Assembly (NCBI GenBank): GCA_964035575.1
Contig: OZ037846.1
Span: forward strand, 434,001-498,000
Direction: 5' to 3'
DNA from: Rhynchopus sp. YZ270_cl-10
Lineage: Eukaryota
DNA length: 64,000 nucleotides
Position numbers and translations under genes: made by a program. The notes under the pieces are model-generated. The model was given only the letters and a program-made list of their open reading frames with translations, was not told the DNA's origin and searched no databases. Positions 12,029 to 22,972 of the stretch are shown here, piece after piece; the first letter of the stretch is position 1, and each line of letters starts with the position of its first letter.

Positions 12029-13762
12029 CTACCTCACGGAACAGATCTGAGAGCAACACACAACACTGCACGTCCCAGAAGGAACTGCGTGTGCTGGTGT
12101 GCCAACCCCTCCCGCAGCTGTCCATGCCTCAGCAACGTCAAGGTCAGACTGCTCACCACGCAGGTACCCACGCACGGCAATGTTGTACTCCTCCCAATGC
12201 TTCTTCCCACCTATCATGTACATCCACTCGTCAACTGCTCCTGCTGAAGCACTCAGCTGAGCCATCACTTCCGCCACGACCTGTGCCTCACAGCCAGAGG
12301 CAACCTCCACCTTGCACGGAAGCAGACGCAGCTGGTGTTCGCACTCAGCATCGCTGAAGCACATCCTGTTGCACACCACATCACACCCCAGCATACGCCC
12401 CACACGTTCCAGCCCGTTCACATCACGCACAAGCTCCCCCACCATGCTGAACCGACGCATCACCTCACAACCCATGTCACCACGCAGCACCTTCCCAGTC
12501 GCAACACCAGCATTCACCTTCTCACAAAAGCTGCTCGCACCCTTCAGAAGCAGGCTTGCTGCGTGCAGTGCAGATGTGGCATGTGTCGCACACTGCTTCG
12601 AGGCGTTGAACGAACAGTGGATCCTGTCCCCGATGAACACGTCCACCATCCCACGTCTTGTCTCTGTTGCCTGCAGGGTCTTCAGGAGAAGAGTGGTGAA
12701 GAAGGAGGAGTAGGTCGCACTGTCCTTCTCCAGCAAATGCAGAGTGTCCTTCACGTTCAGTGTCAGCAGGGTTGTCTTCACCGAGGACAGACCCAGTGGC
12801 AGGCACACTGGCAAGTTCTCATTTCTCGTATGTGAGGACTCTGTGGATGTGTCTGCTGTCTCTGTCGCGTCGCCCACTTCGCTCTCTGAGTGCATCTTGT
12901 CCACCTCATCCTGAAAAGGCAGACACGTCTTCGGGAGGTACGCTTTGTACATGCGCAGGTTCTTCTCCAGTCTCCACAGGGCAGCAGTCATCCCCTCAGG
13001 CAGGTCACCCCCATGCACGTCCAGCATCTCCGCCACCTGCTCCACGTCGTACCCCGCAAGAAGCGACGCAATCTCCTGCACAACGCTGATCGTGCGCCTC
13101 ATTGACTCCTGCTCCTTCAGCACGTTGTGTGCAAACCTGCGTGTCACGAAGAAGTCGATCAGGAAGACAGCAACAGTGGCAAACAGGCCAAATGGGGGAA
13201 ATGACGTCTTGCAGGGCAAGAACTCGCAGTCTACCCTTTCTTGCATCAGCGCTCTCCTGCTGTGTTCACCTTCGTACGGTGGCAACCCAGGAAGGTCAAA
13301 CAAGCCAAACCTGAAGGATTCCTCACACCCTATGATACACAGCCACACCACTGTCGCACCCACGAACCATGCACTGTACCGTGATGGGACTTCCATCACA
13401 AGCAACATGTCCACAACCAGTATCAGAATTGGCCAGCTCATTAAACCATAAGTACGTGCGACCAAATCCCACATAAAAATTGCAATGCCAGCGATGTACA
13501 TGATGCCCACCACAAACATGGTGTGCAGTTGCTGCTTGCAGAGCACCTTGACAATGGAAACAAACCCAGTTGTCAGGACTATGAAAGACCCGAATACGTT
13601 AACAATCCGGTGTTGCGCGTTGGTACTCCCCTGATGAGCAACAAAAACAACCAGGGTCGCAAATACTGTAACCACATTGAACACAAACATGATGGTGCGC
13701 TTCTTCACCTCGTCAGCACTGAGAGACCCGTCAATGGTCAGTGCGCTGTTCAGGCACCGCAT
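12029..13762 (-). CDS. Multi-TM receptor-type class III nucleotide cyclase-like protein, copy 3 (577 aa)
   Basis: Paralogue, ATG at 13762. Confidence 0.85.
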   Translation of the reverse strand: MRCLNSALTIDGSLSADEVKKRTIMFVFNVVTVFATLVVFVAHQGSTNAQHRIVNVFGSFIVLTTGFVSIVKVLCKQQLHTMFVVGIMYIAGIAIFMWDLVARTYGLMSWPILILVVDMLLVMEVPSRYSAWFVGATVVWLCIIGCEESFRFGLFDLPGLPPYEGEHSRRALMQERVDCEFLPCKTSFPPFGLFATVAVFLIDFFVTRRFAHNVLKEQESMRRTISVVQEIASLLAGYDVEQVAEMLDVHGGDLPEGMTAALWRLEKNLRMYKAYLPKTCLPFQDEVDKMHSESEVGDATETADTSTESSHTRNENLPVCLPLGLSSVKTTLLTLNVKDTLHLLEKDSATYSSFFTTLLLKTLQATETRRGMVDVFIGDRIHCSFNASKQCATHATSALHAASLLLKGASSFCEKVNAGVATGKVLRGDMGCEVMRRFSMVGELVRDVNGLERVGRMLGCDVVCNRMCFSDAECEHQLRLLPCKVEVASGCEAQVVAEVMAQLSASAGAVDEWMYMIGGKKHWEEYNIAVRGYLRGEQSDLDVAEAWTAAGGVGTPAHAVPSGTCSVVCCSQICSVR

Positions 13763-14086
13763 CGTTGGGCTTTTGATCCTCACAAACCTTTGCTATGTGT
13801 GGAGCAGGGGTGTGTGGATGTGTGTTGTGTGCACTGGTGGGTGGTGTGGTAAATAACGATTGGGTACTTCTCCTCGAGGCTTTTAACCCTTTGGGGACCA
13901 ACTTCAATTTTGTGGAAGCTGTCTTTTTAATCCGTACAATTAATTACTCAAGCCAAAATCCTTCAATTATTTCTCGGAAAATTGCAATGGGGGTGCTTTT
14001 TTTTCCACCCGTTTTGCTAATTGCACTCGCTGCGCTCGTGAAAAAAAAACGCCTCCTCGTAGCAATTATGGTGAAATAATTGCATA

Positions 14087-15865
14087 GGAGGCACGGCAAA
14101 AATGCGCATTTTTGATATTTTTGATATTTTTGGCAGAATTTTTTGGGCGTTTTTTGCGTTTTTTTAGGGAAAAATAGTGAGGGGAGTTGGGTCCAGTCAT
14201 AGGAAGTATAGAGAATTTTTGAAAAATTCTTCCATTGGAATAAGGGTTTGCGGGCCTTGCCCTCTGAGGTGTTAGAAGGTTTGCAGGTTTGCAGGTTTGC
14301 AGGTTTAAGGAGGCGAATCTGTGTGGATGAGGGTTGAGGGAGGCTTAGATGGGGTATGATACTGAGGTGCTTAAATGGTGGTTTTGTAGGTTACATAGTC
14401 ACGAGACTGCCCTTGTATTAAAAGGGGGAAGAGGGGAGATGATAGGGGACAAGGCTACCAATCCGACTTAAACCGACTCAGTAGGGTCAGGTCGGACCGA
14501 CCCAAACCTACCCAGCAAAAAGGTCAAAAAATAGATGTCAATTTTGAGACACTTTTTTTCCACTTTTTTCCTTAGGGATTTTTCCAGGTACTTAGCGAAG
14601 CGTTAGGGCGACTTAAGTCCCTTGGCCCCAGCGCCCTATGGGGCGCCTCCTCGTCGGGCTGTTAGGGCCCTCCGGTGGCCAGGTTCTTTCTCTGGGCTTA
14701 GAGGCTCGAAGTTCCCCGTCAGATTGGAGCTGGTGTGCTTTATGAGGCTCGCTCGTCTAGATTGAGGCTCGCTCGTCCGGATTGGGCTAGCTCGTCCGCC
14801 TTCGGCTAGACCCTCCGCCTTTGGGTGGGCTCGTGGATCTCCGTTATGTACGTACGGGTTCGATACTCTGGTTGGAGTGTGACAGCACGCCATTTCTTGA
14901 GCACGTTGGTAACACACGAAGTGCAATGGCGATAATGGAAAGATAGATGCCGGCATTGGTGAATTGCTGGAGTTCTGCACAGGAAGCTAGCATGACGTAG
15001 AATCACTGTGTGAACAAAATGACCGTATTTTGGTTGAAAATTTGACTTGAAAATTTTTTTCATAATTTGCCCAATCGAAGGTTTTCCTTGGATTTTTTGG
15101 GCCATTTTATGACGTACCACGCCCGATTTTGGGCGAAAAAAAATATTTTTTTTTGGTCAAAAATCGCCTTGTATTACCACTGTATTGGTGTAGGCTTGTA
15201 CACAGAAGTGTGTTTTGTGTAACCACAGATGGTCAAAACACCCGATTTTTGCATTTTTTTTGCATTTTTTGGTGCCCAAAGACCCACCTCAGTGGTCGAA
15301 ATTTTCCCGAAAAAAAAAATTTTTTTTTTTGAGATTTTTCGATTTTTTGACAAGGCGCTGGCCCATACAAAGTGCACTGGCGGTACAGAAAATGGCTGGG
15401 GAATAAACTCTAGATGCTCAAAACAGCCCAATTCATGCTTTTTTTGACTTTTTGGTCTCAGAAGGGTACCTAGGGTGTAGTGAGCAGGCCTCAAAAACAC
15501 TTGTGAAAAAAAAATTTTTTTTTTTTTTTTGAGATTTTTTTTGACAAGGCGCTGGCCCATACAAACTGTACAGGGTGGGTATTTTATACACAAAATAGCC
15601 GTGGAATAAATTCTAGATGCTCAAAACATCAAAATTCTGGCTTTATTTGCATTTTTGGTGCAGACATGTGCAAAAAAAAAAATTTTTTTTTTGTGGGAAA
15701 AATTTTGTGATGTCGAAAAAAAAAATTTTTTTTCTTGAAAGAGGCACGGCACTTTTGTGGAATTTTGTGGAATTTTGTGGAATTTTTTCTTAGGGGAAAA
15801 AGTAGAAGTCGAGTTTTTGAAATTCCACAAAATTCCACAAAATTCCACAAAAGTGCCGTGCCTCC
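14087..15865. mobile_element. Non-autonomous TIR element, 12-bp TIR GGAGGCACGGCA, 3-bp TSD ATA
   Basis: GGAGGCACGGCA at 14087-14098, TGCCGTGCCTCC at 15854-15865, ATA on both flanks; the right end forms its own ~124-bp hairpin (15741-15864) with GGAATTTTGT repeats. Confidence 0.65.
15225..15625. repeat. Dispersed repeat shared with 50570-50860
   Basis: CAGATGGTCAAAACACCCGATTTTTGC...GACAAGGCGCTGGCCCATACAAA...GAGCAGGCCTCAAAAACACTTGTG present at both sites in the same orientation. Confidence 0.85.
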
Positions 15866-16142
15866 ATAGTAATTAAATACTATTGTTCTTGGGGAAGACC
15901 AGTATGTGTTAGGAAGGCCAGTAATGGATGATATCTCAGTACGACAACTCTTGGCATGATGCAAAGATTCTTAGGATCATGTATCCAAAGAAGCAAGAAT
16001 GGAAGGTTATCGAAACAATGGATTCGTGTCTCATGGTTGCGGCTCCAAGCCGATTCTCAGGAAGTCGGGAAAGTGGTTTTTTTTTCCCTTCGCGCAAGTG
16101 AGCTAGATATCGTCCAAGGGTGATCTTGAGTCATCGCTTGGA

Positions 16143-16950
16143 AGGAGTCGACACCCCCACCCCGGAACAAGTGGAGTGTGTCTTTGGGGGAAATATTGTG
16201 TTTGTGTCTTTCTTTTTAATCGTGCTTGTTTTGCATTGATGCATCCACACATCTGCATGCCCCTGAAAAGAAACACTGTGTCAATAGCTATCTTCAGCGA
16301 AAACGGGAGAGGGAGAGTGTGTTACTTCGGTAAGGTGTATGTCACTATGTTTACTAAAAAAGAGTCAAGAAAAGGTAAGAAACGTGAAAGTCCTGAAGTA
16401 CAGATGGTGTTTGTGTAAGAAGGGGGGGAGCACAAATGAAGGTGAAAACAGTAAGAGCTACGCGAGAAACTTAGCCTGGTAAAAAGGGGTTTTCATAAAA
16501 GTTGCTCTCAAGGGTTCAGAAGGCAGTAGGGCTGACGTACTGGACCTTCCGTAGTACAAAGGCTTCGAGCACAGACCCTATCTCCAAGCGGGTCCTGGCA
16601 CTTGTTGACACAACAAAAAGCGTCGCTCTCCTCGTTTTTTGACAAGGTACGGGAAAACCCCCAAAACAATTCTGGGACGGAACAAAACTGGGACAACGGG
16701 GCATTTTTTAGGGTGCCTCAGGTTTGTTTCGCCCCAGAATTGTTCCTGCTACGGTAAATGCTTTTAATGTGCAGGGGCGATGAACCGTTGATGAGCGATA
16801 AACAAATTTTGTTGTGTATTTTCCCCATTTGATACATCATTTCCGTTAAACTGGAATATGGACTCTAAAAAGTGGAAGGCTCAGCACTCTTGACAACGAA
16901 AAATTAGTTTGAAGCAAGTGCCAGATGTAAATCTGAGCAAACACAACAGT
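16143..16950. repeat. Duplicated intergenic spacer of the cyclase array (paralogue at ~22127-22970)
   Basis: Long near-identical blocks, e.g. CCCTGAAAAGAAACACTGTGTCAATAGC...CTCTCAAGGGTTCAG; contains a small hairpin element also present at 21360-21430. Confidence 0.9.
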
Positions 16951-16951
16951 G

Positions 16952-18676
16952 CTACCTCACAGAACACATCTGAGAGCAACACACAACACTGCACGTCCCA
17001 GAAGGAACTGCGTGTGCTGGTGTGCCAACCCCTCCCGCAGCTGTCCATGCCTCAGCAACGTCAAGGTCAGACTGCTCACCACGCAGATACCCACGCACGG
17101 CAATGTTGTACTCCTCCCAATGCTTCTTCCCACCTATCATGTACATCCACTCGTCAACTGCTTCTTCTGCATCACTCAGCTGAGCCATCACTTCCGCCAC
17201 AACCTGTGCCTCACAGCCAGAGGCAACCTCCACCTTGCACGGAAGCAGACGCAGCTGGTGTTCGCACTCAGCATCGCTGAAGCACATCCTGTTGCACACC
17301 ACATCACACCCCAGCATGCGCCCCACACGTTCCAGCCCGTTCACATCACGCACAAGCTCCCCCACCATGCTGAACCGACGCATCACCTCACAACCCATGT
17401 CACCACGCAGCACCTTCCCAGTCGCAACACCAGCATTCACCTTCTCACAAAAGCTGCTCGCACCCTTCAGAAGCAGGCTTGCTGCGTGCAGTGCAGATGT
17501 GGCATGTGTCGCACACTGCTTCGAGGCGTTGAACGAACAGTGGATCCTGTCCCCGATGAACACGTCCACCATCCCACGTCTTGTCTCTGTTGCCTGCAGG
17601 GTCTTCAGGAGGAGAGTGGTGAAGAAGGAGGAGAAGCTTGTACTGTCCTTCTCCAGCAAATGCAGGGTGTCCTTCACGTTCAGTGTCAGCAGGGTTGCCT
17701 TCACCGAGGACAGACCCAGTGGCAGGCACACTGGCAAGTTCTCATTTCTCGAATGTGAAGACTCTGTGGATGGGTCTGTTGTCTCTGTCAGCTCACCTCC
17801 TTCGCTCTCTGAGTCCACCTCATCCTCAAAAGGCAGACACGTCTTCGGGAGGTACGCTTTGTACATGCGCAGGTTCTTCTCCAGTCTCCACAGGGCAGCA
17901 GTCATCCCCTCAGGCAGGTCACCCCCATGCACGTCCAGCATCTCCGCCACCTGCTCCACGTCGTACCCCGCAAGAAGCGACGCAATCTCCTGCACAACGC
18001 TGATCGTGCGTATCATTGACTCCTGCTCCTTCAGCACGTTGTGCGCAAACCTGCGTGTTACGAAGAAGTCGATCAGAAAGACAGCAAGAGTGGAAACGAA
18101 TCCAAGTGGGGGAAATGACGTCTTGCAGGGCAAGAACTCGCAATCTGCCTTTTCCAGAATCAGCGCTCTCCTGCTGTGTTCACCTTCGTGCGGCAACAAC
18201 CCAGGAAGGTCAAACAAACCAAACCTGAAGGATTCCTCACATGCCATAAGAAACAGCCACACCACTGTCGCACCCACGAAACCTGCACTGTACCGTGATG
18301 GGACTTGCATCACAAGCAACATATCCACAACCACGATGAGAAGTGGCCAGCCCGGTATACCATAAGTGCGCGCCTGCAAATCCCACATGAAGATTCCAAT
18401 GCCAGAGAAGTACAGTACTCCCACCACAAACGTGGTGTGCAGTTGCTGCTTGCAGAGCACCTTCACAATGGCAACACACCCAGTTGTGACGATTATGCAA
18501 GACCCAAGCTCGTTAACAATCCGGTGTTGCGCGTGGGTCCTCGCCTGATGTAATAAAGAAGAAATCAGAGTCGCGACAACTGAAACCACACAGAACACTA
18601 ACATGATGGTGCGCTTCTTCACCTCGTCAGCACTGAGAGACCCGTCAATGGTCAGTGCGCTGTTCAGGCACCGCAT
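16952..18676 (-). CDS. Multi-TM receptor-type class III nucleotide cyclase-like protein, copy 4 (574 aa)
   Basis: Paralogue, conserved ATG at 18676 (an upstream in-frame ATG exists at 18772). Confidence 0.85.
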   Translation of the reverse strand: MRCLNSALTIDGSLSADEVKKRTIMLVFCVVSVVATLISSLLHQARTHAQHRIVNELGSCIIVTTGCVAIVKVLCKQQLHTTFVVGVLYFSGIGIFMWDLQARTYGIPGWPLLIVVVDMLLVMQVPSRYSAGFVGATVVWLFLMACEESFRFGLFDLPGLLPHEGEHSRRALILEKADCEFLPCKTSFPPLGFVSTLAVFLIDFFVTRRFAHNVLKEQESMIRTISVVQEIASLLAGYDVEQVAEMLDVHGGDLPEGMTAALWRLEKNLRMYKAYLPKTCLPFEDEVDSESEGGELTETTDPSTESSHSRNENLPVCLPLGLSSVKATLLTLNVKDTLHLLEKDSTSFSSFFTTLLLKTLQATETRRGMVDVFIGDRIHCSFNASKQCATHATSALHAASLLLKGASSFCEKVNAGVATGKVLRGDMGCEVMRRFSMVGELVRDVNGLERVGRMLGCDVVCNRMCFSDAECEHQLRLLPCKVEVASGCEAQVVAEVMAQLSDAEEAVDEWMYMIGGKKHWEEYNIAVRGYLRGEQSDLDVAEAWTAAGGVGTPAHAVPSGTCSVVCCSQMCSVR

Positions 18677-19462
18677 CGTTGGGCTTTTGATCCTCACAAA
18701 CCTTTGCTCTGTGTAGAGCAGGGGTGTGTGGATGTTATGTACACTGGTGGGTGGTGTGGGTGCAATAACCATTTTACATATTCAACACACAGTTCCTTCT
18801 TCTACTTCTTTTCAGTAAGGCCATCAAAGGCAGTGGACAAATAGCAAGGATCAGTGTAGTCATATGCGTGCATGTTGCAGAAGAGAACACAGACAGTGAA
18901 TCTCATAACAGGCAAGAAGACGAAATCAGTGTTGCGGGCAGAACGGATAAGAAAGTAAACTCGTCCTGAGGGCTGTGCAAGAAGCTCGGGGATCTACCCA
19001 CCGGATACGACAAATACAGCTCGCAGTGAAGGAGTTCCCCATGCAACAAGAAGAAATCTGCACCTGAACGGAGTGCTGTCGGACGTGTCACCCTAACCGC
19101 ACGCCCAAAGGGAACATGGAGAATCACTTCCAGACTGCAGCACACATGCAGAAAGTGAAGTCGAAGGTACGTGACGGCAATCTGGTCCAGATGTTCTCGA
19201 AGTCGAAGAGCATGTAGGTGAAGTGCAAAGGGAATAACAACGCCCACAGCGGGAAAAGATTTGGTCCGTAAATAGTTTCGTTCTCTGAAGAAATATTTGC
19301 AACGTTGGGTAATTTGTTCCTGAGTACAGTCCAACGGTGCTTGTGTGTATGCATGATTACATATAAATATGGGCTCTAAAAAGTGGAAGGCTCAGCACTC
19401 TTGACAACGAAAAATTAGTTTGAAGCAAATGCCAGATGTAAATCTGAGCAAACACAACAGTG

Positions 19463-21187
19463 CTACTTCACGGAACACATCTGAGAGCAACACACAACAC
19501 TGCACGTCCCAGAAGGAACTGCGTGTGCTGGTGTGCCAACCCCTCCCGCAGCTGTCCATGCCTCAGCAACGTCAAGGTCAGACTGCTCACCACGCAGGTA
19601 CCCACGCACGGCAATGTTGTACTCCTCCCAATGCTTCTTCCCACCTATCATGTACATCCACTCGTCAACTGCTTCTTCTGCATCACTCAGCTGAGCCATC
19701 ACTTCCGCCACAACCTGTGCCTCACAACCAGAGGCAACCTCCACCTTGCACGGAAGCAGACGCAGCTGGTGTTCGCACTCAGCATCGCTGAAGCACATCC
19801 TGTTGCACACCACATCACACCCCAGCATGCGCCCCACACGTTCCAGACCGTTCACATCACGCACAAGCTCCCCCACCATGCTGAACCGACGCATCACCTC
19901 ACAACCCATGTCACCACGCAGCACCTTCCCAGACGCAACACCAGCATTCACCTTCTCACAAAAGCTGTTCGCACCCTTCAGAAGCAGGCTTGCTGCGTGC
20001 AGTGCAGATGTGGCATGTGTCGCACACTGCTTCGAGGCGTTGAACGAACAGTGGATCCTGTCCCCGATGAACACGTCCACCATCCCACGTCTTGTCTCTG
20101 TTGCCTGCAGGGTCTTCAGGAGGAGAGTGGTGAAGAAGGAGGAGTAGGTCGCACTGTCCCTCTCCAGCAAATGCAGGGTGTCCTTCACGTTCAGTGTCAG
20201 CAGGGTTGTCTTCACCGAGGACAGACCCAGTGGCACGCACACTGGCATGGTCATCTCGAGTCTGCAATTAGAAGATTCTGTGGATGTGACTGCTGTCTCT
20301 GTCGCGTCGCCCACTTCGCTCTCTGAGTCCACCTCATCCTGAAAAGGCAGACACGTCTTCGGGAGGTACGCTTTGTACATGCGCAGGTTCTTCTCCAGTC
20401 TCCACAGGGCAGCAGTCATCCCCTCAGGCAGGTCACCCCCATGCACGTCCAGCATCTCCGCCACCTGCTCCACGTCGTACCCCGCAAGAAGCGACGCAAT
20501 CTCCTGCACAACGCTGATCGTGCGCCTCATTGACTCCTGCTCCTTCAGCAAATTGTGCGCAAACCTGCGTGTCACGAAGAAGTCGATCAGGAAGACAGCA
20601 ACAGTGGAAGTAAAGTCAAATGGGGGAAATGACGTCTTGCAGGGAAGGAACTCGCAGTCAGTTTTTTCACTCACGAGAGATCTCCGACTTTTGTGTTCAC
20701 CTTCGTACGGCAACAACCCAGGAAGGTCAAACAAACCAAACCTGAAGGAACCTTCACATGCCATCAGGAGAAGCCACACCACTGTCGCACCCACGAACCA
20801 TGCACTGTACCGTGATGGGACTTCCATCACGAGCAACATGTCCACAATCAGGATCAGAAGTGGCCAGCCAACGAAACCATAAGTACGTGCGTCCAAATCC
20901 CACAAGCAGACACCTACGCTGAAAGAGTACATATACCCCACCACAAACGTGGTGTGCAGTTGCTGCTTGCAGAGCACCTTAACAATGGCAACGCACCCAC
21001 TCGCAACAACGATGCAAGACCCAAGCACGTTCACTGTCTGCACCGTCACATCGTACTGATGCATCATGTAGGAAAACACATTCGCGACAACTGAAACCAC
21101 ACAGAACGCAAACATGGTGGTGCGCTTCTTCACCTCGTCAGCACTGAGAGACCCGTCAATGGTCAGTGCGCTGTTCAGGCACCGCAT
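19463..21187 (-). CDS. Multi-TM receptor-type class III nucleotide cyclase-like protein, copy 5 (574 aa)
   Basis: Paralogue, ATG at 21187. Confidence 0.85.
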   Translation of the reverse strand: MRCLNSALTIDGSLSADEVKKRTTMFAFCVVSVVANVFSYMMHQYDVTVQTVNVLGSCIVVASGCVAIVKVLCKQQLHTTFVVGYMYSFSVGVCLWDLDARTYGFVGWPLLILIVDMLLVMEVPSRYSAWFVGATVVWLLLMACEGSFRFGLFDLPGLLPYEGEHKSRRSLVSEKTDCEFLPCKTSFPPFDFTSTVAVFLIDFFVTRRFAHNLLKEQESMRRTISVVQEIASLLAGYDVEQVAEMLDVHGGDLPEGMTAALWRLEKNLRMYKAYLPKTCLPFQDEVDSESEVGDATETAVTSTESSNCRLEMTMPVCVPLGLSSVKTTLLTLNVKDTLHLLERDSATYSSFFTTLLLKTLQATETRRGMVDVFIGDRIHCSFNASKQCATHATSALHAASLLLKGANSFCEKVNAGVASGKVLRGDMGCEVMRRFSMVGELVRDVNGLERVGRMLGCDVVCNRMCFSDAECEHQLRLLPCKVEVASGCEAQVVAEVMAQLSDAEEAVDEWMYMIGGKKHWEEYNIAVRGYLRGEQSDLDVAEAWTAAGGVGTPAHAVPSGTCSVVCCSQMCSVK

Positions 21188-22773
21188 CGTTGGGCTTTTG
21201 ATCCTCACAAACCTTTGCTATGTGTGGAGCAGGAGTGTGTGGATGTGTGTCGTGTGCACTGGTGGGTGGTGGGTGTAATAACGATGGGAAAATAACATAA
21301 CAAGAACAACGATTGGGCACGCTGAGTTACGGTTGAGTGCGAAACCTAGATACCGCACTAGGAACTATTCTGGGACGGACCAAAACTGGGACACTGGGGA
21401 TTTTATTTTGGGGCTGTCCCAGAATAGCTCCGGTTGTGGTATATTATTTCTTTTTTCTTCTATTTTTTGTGACTGTCCAGCGGGGTGTCCTCAGCACGCG
21501 GATTTGCGGTTTTCACCTCTGAAAATGGAGCAAGCACTCGGAATATGATACGTGACACCGGCAACAGTAGGGTGAACACCAACTATGTTAGCGTTGTTGT
21601 GGAGCATAAATCCACACAAATAGCTCCGAGAGGAACCCCTTGACAGACATCAGAACGAAAGTGATAAGAACTCACCATGCGAAGTGGCTGGCAACACCAC
21701 ACCGCAAAGCCACCCACCTAGCACACTGTCGTGGCATCGTTCCGCCGCGTATTCGGTTGCCAGATACCAGGTCTCGCTGGAGTTGCCACACCTGCCGAGC
21801 CTTTTTGCCTCTTTCGAATCTGCAGAGGAAACGAAAAAAAATTCCTTTGAAGAAGACGACGTTTTGGTGCGACAGCTCTAAGCTAAAGAGTTGAAGGGAG
21901 GTTGGGCAATGAATGAGCAAAACAGTCTCAGAGCTCCTATAGACGTGTCATGATTGGTAGGGCGATGGTGTGAAGTCGTTCATGAGTGCAATGCATGAAT
22001 GTATTGTAAAAGTGACCAAATAGAGGGCGCATGTTTGGAATCACCCCACGTTGTTGTACTCTTTCTCTTTCACATTTTGTTCTGGTTGCAACCTCCGGAA
22101 GGTGCTGTTGAGTAATATACGCGTGCAAGGAGTCGACATCCCCACCGCACTCGGGATGTGGAAAGTATCTTTGGGTAAAAAAAAGTATGTTTGTCTTTCT
22201 TTTTGATCGTGCTTGTTTTGCACTGATCGGCACATTTGTACATCCCTGAAAAGAAACACTGTGTCAATAGCTATCTTCACCGAAAACGGGAGAGGGAGAG
22301 TGTGTTACTTCGGTAAGGTGTATGTCACTATGTTTACTAAAAAAGAGTCAAGAAAAGGTAAGAAACGTGAAAGTCCTGAAGTACAGATGGTGTTGTGTAA
22401 GAAGGGCGGGAGCACAAAATGAGGGTGAAAACAGTTACAGCGACGCGAGAAACTTAGCCTGGCAAAAGGGGGTTTTCATAAAAGTTGCTCTCAAGGGTTC
22501 AGGACGACTGATGTACTGTACCTTCCGTAGTACAAAAGGCTTCGGCCAACATTAAGTACAGACCCTAGGTTCCCCAAGCGGGTCCTGAGGCACTTGTTGA
22601 CACAACAGAAAGCGTCGCTCTCATCCGGGACAACCCCCAACACAATTCTGGGACGGAACAAAACTGGGACAATGGAGCATTTTAAAGGGTGCCTCAGTTT
22701 TGTTCCGTCCCAGAATAGTTCCTGTTCATCGTGCAGGGTCGATCACCGTTGAGCGATAAACAATTTTTTTTTT

Positions 22774-22824
22774 TTGAAAACTTGGTTGTATAAGTGCAGA
22801 CACCCTAGGATGAACTCCACTATA
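22774..22824 (-). mobile_element. ~50-nt hairpin plus poly(A) micro-element (family P)
   Basis: Present here, absent at the paralogous spacer site ~16805; further copies at ~26376, 31739/32374 (split) and ~41814. Confidence 0.7.
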
Positions 22825-22972
22825 TTTTTTTTTGTGTTTTTTCTCACATTTGGTACATCATTTCCGTGAAACTGGAATATGGACTCTAAAAAGTGGAAGG
22901 CTTAGCACTCTTGCCACCGCAAAATTAGTTTGAAGCAAGTGCCAGATGTAAATCTGAGCAAACACAACAGTG

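Noticed and set aside
14820..14880. tRNA or SINE head (GGTTCGATAC B-box-like)
   Set aside because: No cloverleaf can be drawn and the A-box match is weak
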